42,743 bases of DNA from the sequence record SRR20825006_219. One strand, written 5' to 3'. The notes under the pieces are model-generated. The model did not search any database. It had not been told where the DNA came from and was given only the letters and a program-made list of their open reading frames with translations. This document shows, in pieces, positions 28,341 to 37,719 of the stretch. The stretch's first letter is position 1. Every line of letters begins with the position of its first letter. The translations under genes were made by a program, and so were the position numbers.

Positions 28341-28377
28341 AGGCTTTTCTCTTTTAATAAAGGGAAAAGCCTTTTTT
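28341..28377 (+). terminator. intrinsic terminator after the ADH gene
   Basis: AGGCTTTTCTCTTT-TAAT-AAAGGGAAAAGCCT followed by TTTTT. Confidence 0.85.
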
Positions 28378-28523
28378 ATGAACTTGAGTTCTTGTTTTTG
28401 GAATTTGGTTCATTCACTCAGTTATTATTAGCCATGAACTATAAATTATAAAACTGCGTGCCAAATTCGGCATTTAGGCTTCGTTCAACTATTTTCATGT
28501 TAGCAACCTCAACAAGTCTTCTT

Positions 28524-29735
28524 ATGATGCAAAAACTATTTCTTTGTATTCTTCTCGTCGGATTCACTCTATCTGTACAAGCACAAACTTATTATCCAGG
28601 AACTTGGGGCAACTGGGAAACCAAAAAACCCGAAGAAGTTGGACTAAATAGCTCTAAAATTGATGCTGTTATAAAATACGCTCAAGAAATGGAGATCGAT
28701 AATCCGCGTAATATGGAAGTCAATCATTACCAAAGCTTTGGAAAAGAGCCTTTTGGTTATGGAATTGGACCTTTTAAAGACCGTGGTGAACAAACCGGAA
28801 TCATCATCAGAAATGGATATATAATTGCTGAATGGGGCGAGCCTTTCCGGGTAGATATGACACACAGCGTTACCAAAAGCTTTCTTTCTTCTACAATCGG
28901 CATTGCATACGACAAAGGGCTCATTCGTGATATCAACGACAAAGTAGACACATACATGGCACCCGTTTTAGTAATGGAGTTTGAAGCACAAAGGAATAAA
29001 GCCGACGATTTCGGAAAGCCTAAAGTAATGGAACCTTTTAAAGGAGCTCATAATAGCAGAATCACTTGGAACCATCTTTTACGCCAAACCAGCGATTGGG
29101 AAGGAAACCTTTGGGGAAAGCCAGACTGGGCAGATCGTCCGAGCCGAGATACAGGAGAGTGGCTAAACCGTGAGTTGAAAGAACCAGGCTCAGCATGGGA
29201 ATACAATGATACTCGTGTAAATGTACTAGCCTTAGCCACCATGAATGTGCTAAGAGAACCTCTTCCAAAAGTTCTAAGAGAAAATATCATGGATAAAATA
29301 GGAGCTTCACCAACTTGGCGATGGAATGGCTACGAAAATTCTTGGGTAGTAATTGACGGACAAGTAATGCAAGCCGTTAGCGGCGGAGGTCATTGGGGAG
29401 GCGGCATGTTTATAAGCGCTAGAGACCAAGCAAGGTTCGGATATTTAACTTTGAGAAACGGAAAATGGAATAACGAACAAATTCTATCCGAAGAATGGAT
29501 TAAGATGTCGCGAGCACCAACTAATGCCAATCAAAATTATGGGTTTATGAATTTTTTCTTGAATACTGATGGGAAGCCTCTCCCAAGCGCTCCAAAAACA
29601 GCTTTTTATCATTTGGGAGCCGGAAACAACATGGTGTATGTAGATCAGGAAAACGATCTTGTTATTGTTGCTAGATGGATAAAAAGAGAAGCTATGGACG
29701 GAATTGTAAAACGTGTTTTAGAAGCCGTAGAATAG
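28524..29735 (+). CDS. secreted serine hydrolase (beta-lactamase/NylB-like family)
   Basis: HSVTKS (SxxK), WEYND, GGHWGGG and ARDQARFG motifs. Start set at ATG 28524, which gives a signal peptide. Confidence 0.85.
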   Translation: MMQKLFLCILLVGFTLSVQAQTYYPGTWGNWETKKPEEVGLNSSKIDAVIKYAQEMEIDNPRNMEVNHYQSFGKEPFGYGIGPFKDRGEQTGIIIRNGYIIAEWGEPFRVDMTHSVTKSFLSSTIGIAYDKGLIRDINDKVDTYMAPVLVMEFEAQRNKADDFGKPKVMEPFKGAHNSRITWNHLLRQTSDWEGNLWGKPDWADRPSRDTGEWLNRELKEPGSAWEYNDTRVNVLALATMNVLREPLPKVLRENIMDKIGASPTWRWNGYENSWVVIDGQVMQAVSGGGHWGGGMFISARDQARFGYLTLRNGKWNNEQILSEEWIKMSRAPTNANQNYGFMNFFLNTDGKPLPSAPKTAFYHLGAGNNMVYVDQENDLVIVARWIKREAMDGIVKRVLEAVE

Positions 29736-29773
29736 CTCTGCTATAGATTGTCTTTAATATTATGTTATATCTA

Positions 29774-30868
29774 TTACTCAAAAGTACTGAGTCTGATATA
29801 TCTATTCTGTTTTAACAAACTTGCAGAGGCCACTTTGGCATAACTCTCTGCTGCACAGTTATATTGAATCTTTATGTTACCACCTAAATTAATCCTTAAT
29901 GTACTGTTTGAATTTTCGGTAGTTCCAACAAGTACAGAGCCATTTAAATCTGGTGTTCCACGACCGGTAAAATTAAAAGCGTTTTCGAAAATTATTAAGC
30001 CATTAAACTCAAAATTGCCCGCAACACTTAGCTCACCTTCGTACTCTAACTCGCCACCAGACCTAATAACCATAATCCCATATCCAGCATCTATTCCTCC
30101 TGTAAGTTTCGCGTAATTTTCAACAAAAAATACTCCTGGGTTGTTTGCAGTTCCTAAGCTCCCTTTGTAATTCCCTGAAATTTTAACGGTTCCTGGTTGG
30201 CTTGCAAGCCTAGCAATTAGCTGATCAACAGGGGAATAAGATACACTCGAATCAATTGCTACTGGAGCTACGCTACTCTCCAAATGATCTGTATTATCAT
30301 CCCCAAATAACGCGCCTAAAACCCCGTCTGGTCCGAGTATTTCCTCTGCTGACGCCTCATCTTGAACCGTAATTGCAGGTTTGTCGCTGCAAGTACCTGA
30401 AGCATCATTGCCCGATACTAATGCATTTCCACCAGCTGAAAAAGTAAATTGGTCGGTAGCAAATGATAATGCTGATTTGAATTCTGGCACAAAATCTAAT
30501 CTAACTTTAGTAAAAGTACTCACAATTTGCGCGGTCTCATCATCATAAACCGAAGTAGAGTACATTCTAATTGTATCAGGCTCAATCAAGGAAGCTCCAA
30601 ACCCCAAATAATCATAGTACAAAGTAACTTCGCTACCTTCAATAGTATTTACCCATGGAGATCCCTCTGTAGGGTGCCAGTTATTGTCTTGGTTAATTTC
30701 CTCCATGGCCAACTGAATAGCCGTAAAAGCGGTGTTTTTTGCGTGGATATCTTTTGCGTAACCCGCGGTTCTCTCAACCACTAACTTTTTTTGGCCAACT
30801 AACCCGAGCTGTATCATACCATAAATGATTACTGCTCCGCTAGCAATTATTAACATCGCTCGTCCCAT
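29774..30868 (-). CDS. PilX-like (pilin-like) protein with Gly-rich beta-repeat C-terminus
   Basis: MGRAMLII hydrophobic N-terminal helix, AKNTAFTAIQLA (PilX-N-like), and GIMVI...FNGLII...LNGSVLV repeats. Confidence 0.62.
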   Translation of the reverse strand: MGRAMLIIASGAVIIYGMIQLGLVGQKKLVVERTAGYAKDIHAKNTAFTAIQLAMEEINQDNNWHPTEGSPWVNTIEGSEVTLYYDYLGFGASLIEPDTIRMYSTSVYDDETAQIVSTFTKVRLDFVPEFKSALSFATDQFTFSAGGNALVSGNDASGTCSDKPAITVQDEASAEEILGPDGVLGALFGDDNTDHLESSVAPVAIDSSVSYSPVDQLIARLASQPGTVKISGNYKGSLGTANNPGVFFVENYAKLTGGIDAGYGIMVIRSGGELEYEGELSVAGNFEFNGLIIFENAFNFTGRGTPDLNGSVLVGTTENSNSTLRINLGGNIKIQYNCAAESYAKVASASLLKQNRYIRLSTFE

Positions 30869-30879
30869 AATATATAATC

Positions 30880-31485
30880 TTATAAGTTTGTTGGAAGATT
30901 TCTTGGCGTGAATCGTTTTATCCAGGCCGTTCTAACATAATTTTCTGGGCTTGAAGATCTTAATTTAAGCTGGTCTGCGCTTTCTATAACCAACTCAACT
31001 TCAATTTGTCTTATACTATTAATATCAGCCACGCTTAATGGAAAAGAGAGGGGTACTTGGGAACCTAACTCATCGTAGTAATTAATTCTAAACTCTGTAA
31101 CTCCTAAGGTAATTTCTGTTTCAACTCCATCAATTGTACGGGCAAGAATAAAATCATTAGGGTTAGCAGTACTTGTAACTTCCCTATTTGTGAATTCCCA
31201 TATAATTTTTTCGATGGAGTTGTCTGCACTATTATCGATGTTGCTAAAAAACGCAATCTTATTGCTTTTTGCAGTTACAATTAAAGAATCTATGTCAATA
31301 TCTCCTGAATAACCTATTTTTGGGAAGTCATATGAGATTATTTGCGATACATCCATTTTGTTTGATTGTTTTGCCTGCGATAGCACAATATCTCTGGAAT
31401 TATAAGAAACCCCCAAAGTCATCCAGCCTAACATTAAAATGAGCACTCCACTTACTATAAAACTAGTTACTAAACTTAAGTTCAT
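30880..31485 (-). CDS. PilW-like (pilin-like) protein
   Basis: N-terminal TM helix, DFPKIGY (compare the PilW DxRxAGY motif), FRINYYD...IRQIEVEL and terminal PRNL. GGGAGG RBS upstream. Confidence 0.6.
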   Translation of the reverse strand: MNLSLVTSFIVSGVLILMLGWMTLGVSYNSRDIVLSQAKQSNKMDVSQIISYDFPKIGYSGDIDIDSLIVTAKSNKIAFFSNIDNSADNSIEKIIWEFTNREVTSTANPNDFILARTIDGVETEITLGVTEFRINYYDELGSQVPLSFPLSVADINSIRQIEVELVIESADQLKLRSSSPENYVRTAWIKRFTPRNLPTNL

Positions 31486-31496
31486 TCTTTCCTCCC

Positions 31497-32009
31497 TTAG
31501 TCCGCGTAATAGCTTCTTATGTAGCTAAAATTATATGTTTTCAACTCTTTGCTATTGTTAAACTGTGTTAGTGAAGCATTTGAAACTGAAACTTTCATTT
31601 TTTTCAAAGTGCTTTTTGAAGCCGTTTCTAATTGAGTAGTAGCGTTTACATACACAACTTTAACAGAAACATTAAAATCGCCATGGATAGTGGTTATTAC
31701 CTCTGAATAGTCATCATAGTCATCAAAATCGTTAAAGTCAGCACGTGAAGATTCACTTCCATCGGTGCCAATTGTTGAAAAGCCCGCTGGTATATTTACA
31801 GGAACAAAACCAGAAGCCGTCTCCTCGTCAAATGCCATAGATCTAGACTCTTCCATAAAATCTTGGGCTAGCGCTGTTACTTCAGTTTCATACTCACCAT
31901 CGATGAGTATTGCTTTGTTCAAAAAGCTCGTTCTATTTACATTCGTAATTAGAACTGAAACAAGTATCATTGCGCCCATTACTTGTAAAACATCTGAGTA
32001 ATCATTCAT
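31497..32009 (-). CDS. PilV/MshD-like (pilin-like) protein
   Basis: N-terminal TM helix, LAQDFMEE...AFDE, RADFNDFDDY and LKKMKVSVS motifs. Confidence 0.62.
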   Translation of the reverse strand: MNDYSDVLQVMGAMILVSVLITNVNRTSFLNKAILIDGEYETEVTALAQDFMEESRSMAFDEETASGFVPVNIPAGFSTIGTDGSESSRADFNDFDDYDDYSEVITTIHGDFNVSVKVVYVNATTQLETASKSTLKKMKVSVSNASLTQFNNSKELKTYNFSYIRSYYAD

Positions 32010-32346
32010 AATCTTTATCTTTTTTTCTTCTACTACGAAGTAAGTATCTAGATGGATTTATTTTTGGCTTACCATCATTCTCATGCTATATAGTATGGAC
32101 TTAGCTTATCGGCTGAAATTGAACTTTTTCAACCTATATTTTCTCACTTTAATATCAAGCTATCTGCTACTCTTTCTCAAGTGCTTTAGTCAATTTATAT
32201 TCTTCAGAAAATATTCATTAAAGAAAGTAATCGACTGTATTTGTCTCTAAGCGAGCATTTTTTATTTTCATTTTTTTGTTTTTTTTAGAGCTATTTTTAT
32301 ATGAAAAGAATAAAATAATCCTCAATTCTTATACTGCTTTCCTATT

Positions 32347-33222
32347 TTGATATACACCATCCAAAACGAGCAGCTTTCTGCTTCTGTAGCACATAATGGC
32401 ATAGAACTTTGTTCCATAAAATCACTTTCAACAGGAACTGAATATATGTGGCAAGGAAATCCTGATATCTGGGCTAATCATGCCCCAGTTCTTTTTCCAA
32501 CCATTGGCCTACTTAAAAACGACACCTACTTTTTTGAAGGGAAAAGCTATTCGTTACCCAAACATGGTGTAGTTCGCTCTTCAGACAAAAACACCGTTCT
32601 TGAGCATACCGATGAAAGCCTACTTTTTTCCATGAAATGGGACGAAGAGCTCCTTAAACAGTATCCATTCAAATTCGAAATTCAAACGAGATTTATATTA
32701 AAAGGAAAATCGCTATTCGTTCAGCATACCGTTTTTAATCATGGGGAAGAGAATATGTATTTCTCTTTAGGCGGACATCCTGCTTTCAACTGTCCGCTAC
32801 AAGAAAATGAACGTTATGAAGATTATTTCCTCGAATTTGAACACTTAGAAACCGCATCAACGTGGTTACTAGCTGATGATAAAACCGTTAGTAACAACAC
32901 CGAACTTGTTCTAGACAACACCAACAATTTACCGCTACACGGTCATCTTTTTGACAGAGATGCGCTTATTTTCAAGGATTTGAAATCGCAAAGCGTCAGT
33001 TTGAATAGCAATAATAATGGCAAAGTATTAACTGTAAATTATGAAGGATTCCCGTATTTAGGAATTTGGGCAAAACCACAAGCTCCTTTCGTTTGTATTG
33101 AGCCTTGGATTGGTATCGCCGACACAAGCGATTCCGACCAACAGCTTATCAATAAAGAAGGAATACGAACTTTAGAAGCAGGTGGTACCTTCGAGGCTGC
33201 TTACGAAATTCAAATTCATTAG
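32347..33222 (+). CDS. aldose 1-epimerase family protein (LacX-like)
   Basis: EYMWQG, APVLFP, PKHG, GGHPAF and FVCIEPW motifs. TTG start. Confidence 0.9.
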   Translation: MIYTIQNEQLSASVAHNGIELCSIKSLSTGTEYMWQGNPDIWANHAPVLFPTIGLLKNDTYFFEGKSYSLPKHGVVRSSDKNTVLEHTDESLLFSMKWDEELLKQYPFKFEIQTRFILKGKSLFVQHTVFNHGEENMYFSLGGHPAFNCPLQENERYEDYFLEFEHLETASTWLLADDKTVSNNTELVLDNTNNLPLHGHLFDRDALIFKDLKSQSVSLNSNNNGKVLTVNYEGFPYLGIWAKPQAPFVCIEPWIGIADTSDSDQQLINKEGIRTLEAGGTFEAAYEIQIH

Positions 33223-33255
33223 ACTTCACCAAACCGAGTAACAGTAAATTTCATT

Positions 33256-33918
33256 ATGGCTACAACTCCAACAAATCAAACCGCAATAGTAATTGGCGCA
33301 ACAGGGCTAGTAGGCTCTCATGTTCTTGATTTGTTGTTACAAGATGAAAATTACAGCACAGTGAAGGTGTTTCATCGTCGTGCCACAGGCGTTTCTCATC
33401 CAAAACTTGAAGAACACATCATCGATTTCAATCACTTAGATAAATGGAAATCTGAACTTACGGGCGACCACTTATTTTCAGCGCTTGGTACCACCATTAA
33501 GAAGGCGGGCAGTAAAGAAGCACAACATACCATCGATTTTACCTACCAGTTTGAAGTGGCTAAAGCAGCAGCAGTAAACGGCGTTCCTCATTATGCTTTA
33601 ATATCATCCATTGGCGCTGATGCGAGCTCAAAATCGTTCTACACACGCATTAAAGGCGAACTTGATGAGGCTGTTCAAAACTTGGGTTTTAAGTCTGTAC
33701 TCATTATTCGTCCTTCTTTTTTGGATGGAGACCGTGATGAATTTCGCCTTGGTGAACGCATAGGGATAGGTTTTGCGAATGTACTTTGTAAACTTCCTGG
33801 ATTGAAGAAATATCATCCCATTAAAGCAAAGAATGTTGCTCAGGCGATGATTAGTGGAATTAAGAAAGAAACCAGCCAGATTGTTGAGGGAACTGAAGTT
33901 CTAGAATTGGCGAATTAA
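33256..33918 (+). CDS. NAD(P)-binding oxidoreductase (YraR/TIP30-like atypical SDR)
   Basis: GATGLVG, LGTTIKKAGS, SSIGA, FYxxxKGE and RPS motifs. Confidence 0.88.
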   Translation: MATTPTNQTAIVIGATGLVGSHVLDLLLQDENYSTVKVFHRRATGVSHPKLEEHIIDFNHLDKWKSELTGDHLFSALGTTIKKAGSKEAQHTIDFTYQFEVAKAAAVNGVPHYALISSIGADASSKSFYTRIKGELDEAVQNLGFKSVLIIRPSFLDGDRDEFRLGERIGIGFANVLCKLPGLKKYHPIKAKNVAQAMISGIKKETSQIVEGTEVLELAN

Positions 33919-33962
33919 AAAACTTCCGTCTGATTCGATTCGAGATCAACATTCATCATATA

Positions 33963-33990
33963 AATAAAAGCGAGTTCGCTTTTATTCTTT
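33963..33990 (+). terminator. intrinsic terminator
   Basis: AATAAAAGCG-AGTT-CGCTTTTATT perfect 10-bp stem followed by CTTT. Confidence 0.72.
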
Positions 33991-34086
33991 TGGGAATTCC
34001 ATCAGTAAAAAACTACTTTTTAACAGGGTACAACTTTAAGTACTTTTAGCCGTCTATTCTTTCAGATTATATACTAGAAAGCAATT

Positions 34087-34896
34087 ATGAACAACGACAA
34101 ACTGTATTCTCAAAAAGAGATCAAAGCTCTTCTACAGAAAGCTACCGAGCTTCAAAAAAAGAATACAGGTCAGACCGAAGACGGCCTTACACTTGAGGAG
34201 TTAGAACAAATTGCTACCGACTCAGGAATCGACCCAATGTATATTCGAGAAGCTATTTCTGGGCAAAACTCAGGTATTCCCGAAAGCTCTGGATTTCACC
34301 TACTCGGTGCACCTCTTTCTCTAGAAGTTGGTAGAGAAGTTCCTTACGAAATGAGTCTGGATGATTGGGAGTTAGTTGTACAAGAAGCACGTCGAACTTT
34401 TAATAAAAGCGGGGGAACGGTTCAGCATCTTGGAAAATCGTTTGAATGGATGAGCCCTGATCATAAATTCATTCATGCTAGCTTAACCGCTACACCACTT
34501 AAAAACAAAACTCGATTTTATGTAAGCTCGCATTATGGCAAAATTGCTTTCTTCGCGTATTACTTTCCTTTTGTGTTCTTGGTAATGGGACTTGGAATCT
34601 TTTTAGGTAGCGCTTCACTTTCTCCTCTCATCAACATTGCCATTGCTGTGGCTAGTATCACAAGTGTTTTTGCTGGATCGCGTTACTTTTTCGGAAAATG
34701 GGTTCAGAAACGAAAAAAGAAAATGGACGACATGATTACTCGCTTTGGGCAACTTATAGGTTTGGATGACAAAAGAACTTCTACCAAAAGCGATGTCCTT
34801 CCACAAAAGGAGAATGAGCCTCGTATCTCTATTCCCGGTGAACATTTAGAGAATAAATCCTCTGAAACAGAAAACCGAACTAAAACACGTTCATAA
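34087..34896 (+). CDS. hypothetical membrane protein (two TM helices)
   Basis: N-terminal YSQKEIKALLQKA...LTLEELEQIA helical region, two hydrophobic segments and a charged tail. Confidence 0.75.
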   Translation: MNNDKLYSQKEIKALLQKATELQKKNTGQTEDGLTLEELEQIATDSGIDPMYIREAISGQNSGIPESSGFHLLGAPLSLEVGREVPYEMSLDDWELVVQEARRTFNKSGGTVQHLGKSFEWMSPDHKFIHASLTATPLKNKTRFYVSSHYGKIAFFAYYFPFVFLVMGLGIFLGSASLSPLINIAIAVASITSVFAGSRYFFGKWVQKRKKKMDDMITRFGQLIGLDDKRTSTKSDVLPQKENEPRISIPGEHLENKSSETENRTKTRS

Positions 34897-34905
34897 ATCC
34901 ATATT

Positions 34906-35979
34906 ATGATGAAGCGCCCCATTCTTACTCTACTCGCTCTTTTCCTCCCTTTATTAATTTTTGCGCAGGATTATTCTAAATCTATTGAAAAGGCCGATGC
35001 CATTGTTAAGCAGTTTGTTGCCGACAAAAACATTCCAGGCATGTCAATTTCTGTATATAAAGACGGAAATATTGTTTGGTCGAAAGGTTTCGGTTACGCT
35101 GATGTGCAGAATAAAATCCCTGTAAATCCGAGCAAAATTTTATTTAGAATTGGGAGTGTTTCAAAAACATTGGCAGCTAATGCGATGGGTGTGCTCATCC
35201 AAGAAGGCAAACTCAATCCTGATGCAACCGTTCAAACCTACGTTCCTAATTTCCCCGAAAAAGAATATCCCATTACCGTAAAGCAAGTTGCGGGGCATTT
35301 GGCAGGAATCCGACATTACAAAGGCGATGAATTCCTTAGCAATAAAAGCTACGCTACAGTGAATGAAGGATTGCAAATTTTTGCGAACGACCCACTACTG
35401 TTTAAACCAGGAACTAAATATGGGTACAGCACTTATGGATACACCGTAATAAGTGCCGCAATAGAAGGAGCTTCGGGTGAAGCGTTTCTTCCGTTCATCC
35501 AGAAAAACATTTTTGATACCATTGGAATGAGCAACACCATGCCAGAGTGGGCCGACAAGAGTTACCCAAACAGAACCAAATTCTATGAATTCTCAGATGG
35601 AGAGAATAAAGAAGCACCTGTTGTTGATAATAGCTACAAATGGGCAGGAGGTGGTTTTATCGCCACTACCGAAGACCTCATCAAGTTTGGAGTGGCAAAT
35701 CTTAGCTATGATTATCTAAATAAAGAAACCCTCGATTTGCTCATGGCAACTCAACATACTAGTGATGGAAAACCTACTTATTATGGAATGGGTTGGGTCA
35801 CAAATCACGATTACAGTGGCCGAGCTTGGTTTGGACATTCGGGCGGATCTGTTGGCGGAACTACGATGTTCCTCATCAACAAAGAAGAAAATATGGTAAT
35901 TGCTTATGCTATCAATCGATCTAGTGTTAGCATGGATGATTTACATTTTAAAGTAGCGGATGCTTTTTTAGAAAAATGA
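34906..35979 (+). CDS. secreted serine hydrolase (AmpC/beta-lactamase-related peptidase family)
   Basis: Signal peptide, FRIGSVSK (SxxK), YST and GHSG motifs. Confidence 0.9.
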   Translation: MMKRPILTLLALFLPLLIFAQDYSKSIEKADAIVKQFVADKNIPGMSISVYKDGNIVWSKGFGYADVQNKIPVNPSKILFRIGSVSKTLAANAMGVLIQEGKLNPDATVQTYVPNFPEKEYPITVKQVAGHLAGIRHYKGDEFLSNKSYATVNEGLQIFANDPLLFKPGTKYGYSTYGYTVISAAIEGASGEAFLPFIQKNIFDTIGMSNTMPEWADKSYPNRTKFYEFSDGENKEAPVVDNSYKWAGGGFIATTEDLIKFGVANLSYDYLNKETLDLLMATQHTSDGKPTYYGMGWVTNHDYSGRAWFGHSGGSVGGTTMFLINKEENMVIAYAINRSSVSMDDLHFKVADAFLEK

Positions 35980-36830
35980 TATATCCCAAAAACTGGAAAA
36001 ACTACGAACTGTTAGATTTTGGCGACGGCCGAAAATTGGAGCGTTTTGGAACCATCATTACCGACCGCCCAGAGCCTGCCGCTACGAACAAGCCACAACT
36101 TTCTGCGGCGGAATGGAAAACGGCCTCGCTCTTTTTTTCTGAAGAAAAGGGCCAAAAAGGTGTTTGGAACACCACCACTGAAGATTGGGAAATAGATTAC
36201 GAAACAGGTAATGATTCCATTCATTTTCATCTGCGGCAAACCGCTTTTAAACATTTAGGTGTTTTTCCTGAGCAGGCGGCGAATTGGGAGTTTATCCAAC
36301 AGCGTTGTGCAGAGTTTCAATCCAAAAACATCACCCCGAAAGTGCTAAACTTATTCGCTTACACGGGTGGAGCTAGTCTCGCCGCAAATAAAGCTGGAGC
36401 AGAAGTAACTCACGTAGATTCGGTTAAAAGTGTGGTGAACTGGGCACGTGATAATGCTACGCTTTCTGGCATCGAAACCATACGGTGGATTGTTGAAGAT
36501 GCACGAAAGTTTGTAGAGAAGTCGGTTCGTCGAGGCGATGTATACCACGGAGTGATTTTAGATCCACCTATTTTCGGACTAGGTCCAAAAGGCAAAAACT
36601 GGAAATTGAATCGTGACCTTCCTGAGTTACTTCAGCAAATAATGAAGATTTTAGACCCCTCGAATCGCTTTCTGATTTTGAATACTTATTCCCCTCAACT
36701 TCCGCTTTCCGATTTAAACAAAATGCTTACATCGATAAAAGGCTTTCCCAACAAATACGAAAGCACAACGCTCGGGCTAAAAAGCACAAGTGGGAAAGAA
36801 CTCGAACTCGGCAATTTGATACGGTTTTAG
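35976..36830 (+). CDS. class I SAM-dependent methyltransferase (RlmI/RlmK-like)
   Basis: YELLDFGDGRKLERFG, GVFPEQ, VLNLFAYTGG and ILDPP motifs. ATGA overlap with the upstream gene. Confidence 0.87.
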   Translation: MIYPKNWKNYELLDFGDGRKLERFGTIITDRPEPAATNKPQLSAAEWKTASLFFSEEKGQKGVWNTTTEDWEIDYETGNDSIHFHLRQTAFKHLGVFPEQAANWEFIQQRCAEFQSKNITPKVLNLFAYTGGASLAANKAGAEVTHVDSVKSVVNWARDNATLSGIETIRWIVEDARKFVEKSVRRGDVYHGVILDPPIFGLGPKGKNWKLNRDLPELLQQIMKILDPSNRFLILNTYSPQLPLSDLNKMLTSIKGFPNKYESTTLGLKSTSGKELELGNLIRF

Positions 36831-36972
36831 GAATTCATGATTGCGCGCATTCATAAATAAGACACCCGCTAGCAATTGGTAGTCGCATACCTATTTCAAC
36901 TTTTATCATGTATTTCAAAAATGATAAATATATTGTTACTTACATGTAATAATTATTAGTCACTTTATCACC

Positions 36973-37692
36973 ATGAAATTTATACTCCCTCTCTTTATTT
37001 CTCTTGTCTGCTTAGGCAGTATACAAGCTCAATCTGTTAAAGAACTTCAGAAAAAATCGAATGATTGTTATAGGTCTGGCGATTATAAATGTGCCGAAAA
37101 GACTTTAAAGAAGATTATTAAGAAAGATAAGAAAAGTCCTAGTTTAGCAAGATATTATTCAGATTTAGGAACTATACAGCGTCGATTAGGCAAAAAGGAT
37201 GACGCTTTAAAATCATATAATAAAGCCATAGAGATCAACTCCACAACTGTTGTTTTCCTGACAAATCGTGCTACTTTATATATGCAGCTTGGTGAATTTG
37301 AAAAAGGGGATAAAGATTTCGATGCCGCTATTGCCTTGGAACCAGAAAATTTTGCAATCCGCTCAGATTATGCTTTGTTTAAAAAACGGCAAGGTAGAAT
37401 AAAAGAAGCTCTTGAAGATTACAATGACATTATAAAGGCTAATCCTGATGAGCCTATTTTTTATAATAACAGGGCTGATACAAAACTCAGACTCGAAGAT
37501 TATGAAGGGGCTTTGAGTGATTTGGACAAGGCCCTAGAGCTAAACCCCGATTATCACGTTGCCATAATTACAAAAGGAGAGGTCTATCTAGCTATGAAAG
37601 ATCAAAAGAAAGCATGTCAACTTTTTAACCAAGCTATAGCTGCTGGTTTTGATGCCAAACAAATTGAATCTTTACTAGCCCCATGTAAATAA
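36973..37692 (+). CDS. secreted tetratricopeptide repeat protein
   Basis: Signal peptide and several TPR units (e.g. YNNRADTKLRLEDYEGALSDLDKALELNP). Confidence 0.9.
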   Translation: MKFILPLFISLVCLGSIQAQSVKELQKKSNDCYRSGDYKCAEKTLKKIIKKDKKSPSLARYYSDLGTIQRRLGKKDDALKSYNKAIEINSTTVVFLTNRATLYMQLGEFEKGDKDFDAAIALEPENFAIRSDYALFKKRQGRIKEALEDYNDIIKANPDEPIFYNNRADTKLRLEDYEGALSDLDKALELNPDYHVAIITKGEVYLAMKDQKKACQLFNQAIAAGFDAKQIESLLAPCK

Positions 37693-37719
37693 TTTTGAAC
37701 TCTTATTTAGATACGTTTA

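Noticed and set aside
32010-32346. ncRNA or CRISPR array in the longest AT-rich intergenic region
   Set aside because: No regular repeats or convincing structure were seen. It fits a divergent promoter region.
28524-35979. Two beta-lactamase-family genes as antibiotic resistance determinants
   Set aside because: They are generic SxxK serine hydrolases (e.g. YST and HSG rather than the AmpC YxN and KTG motifs), with no evidence of resistance function.
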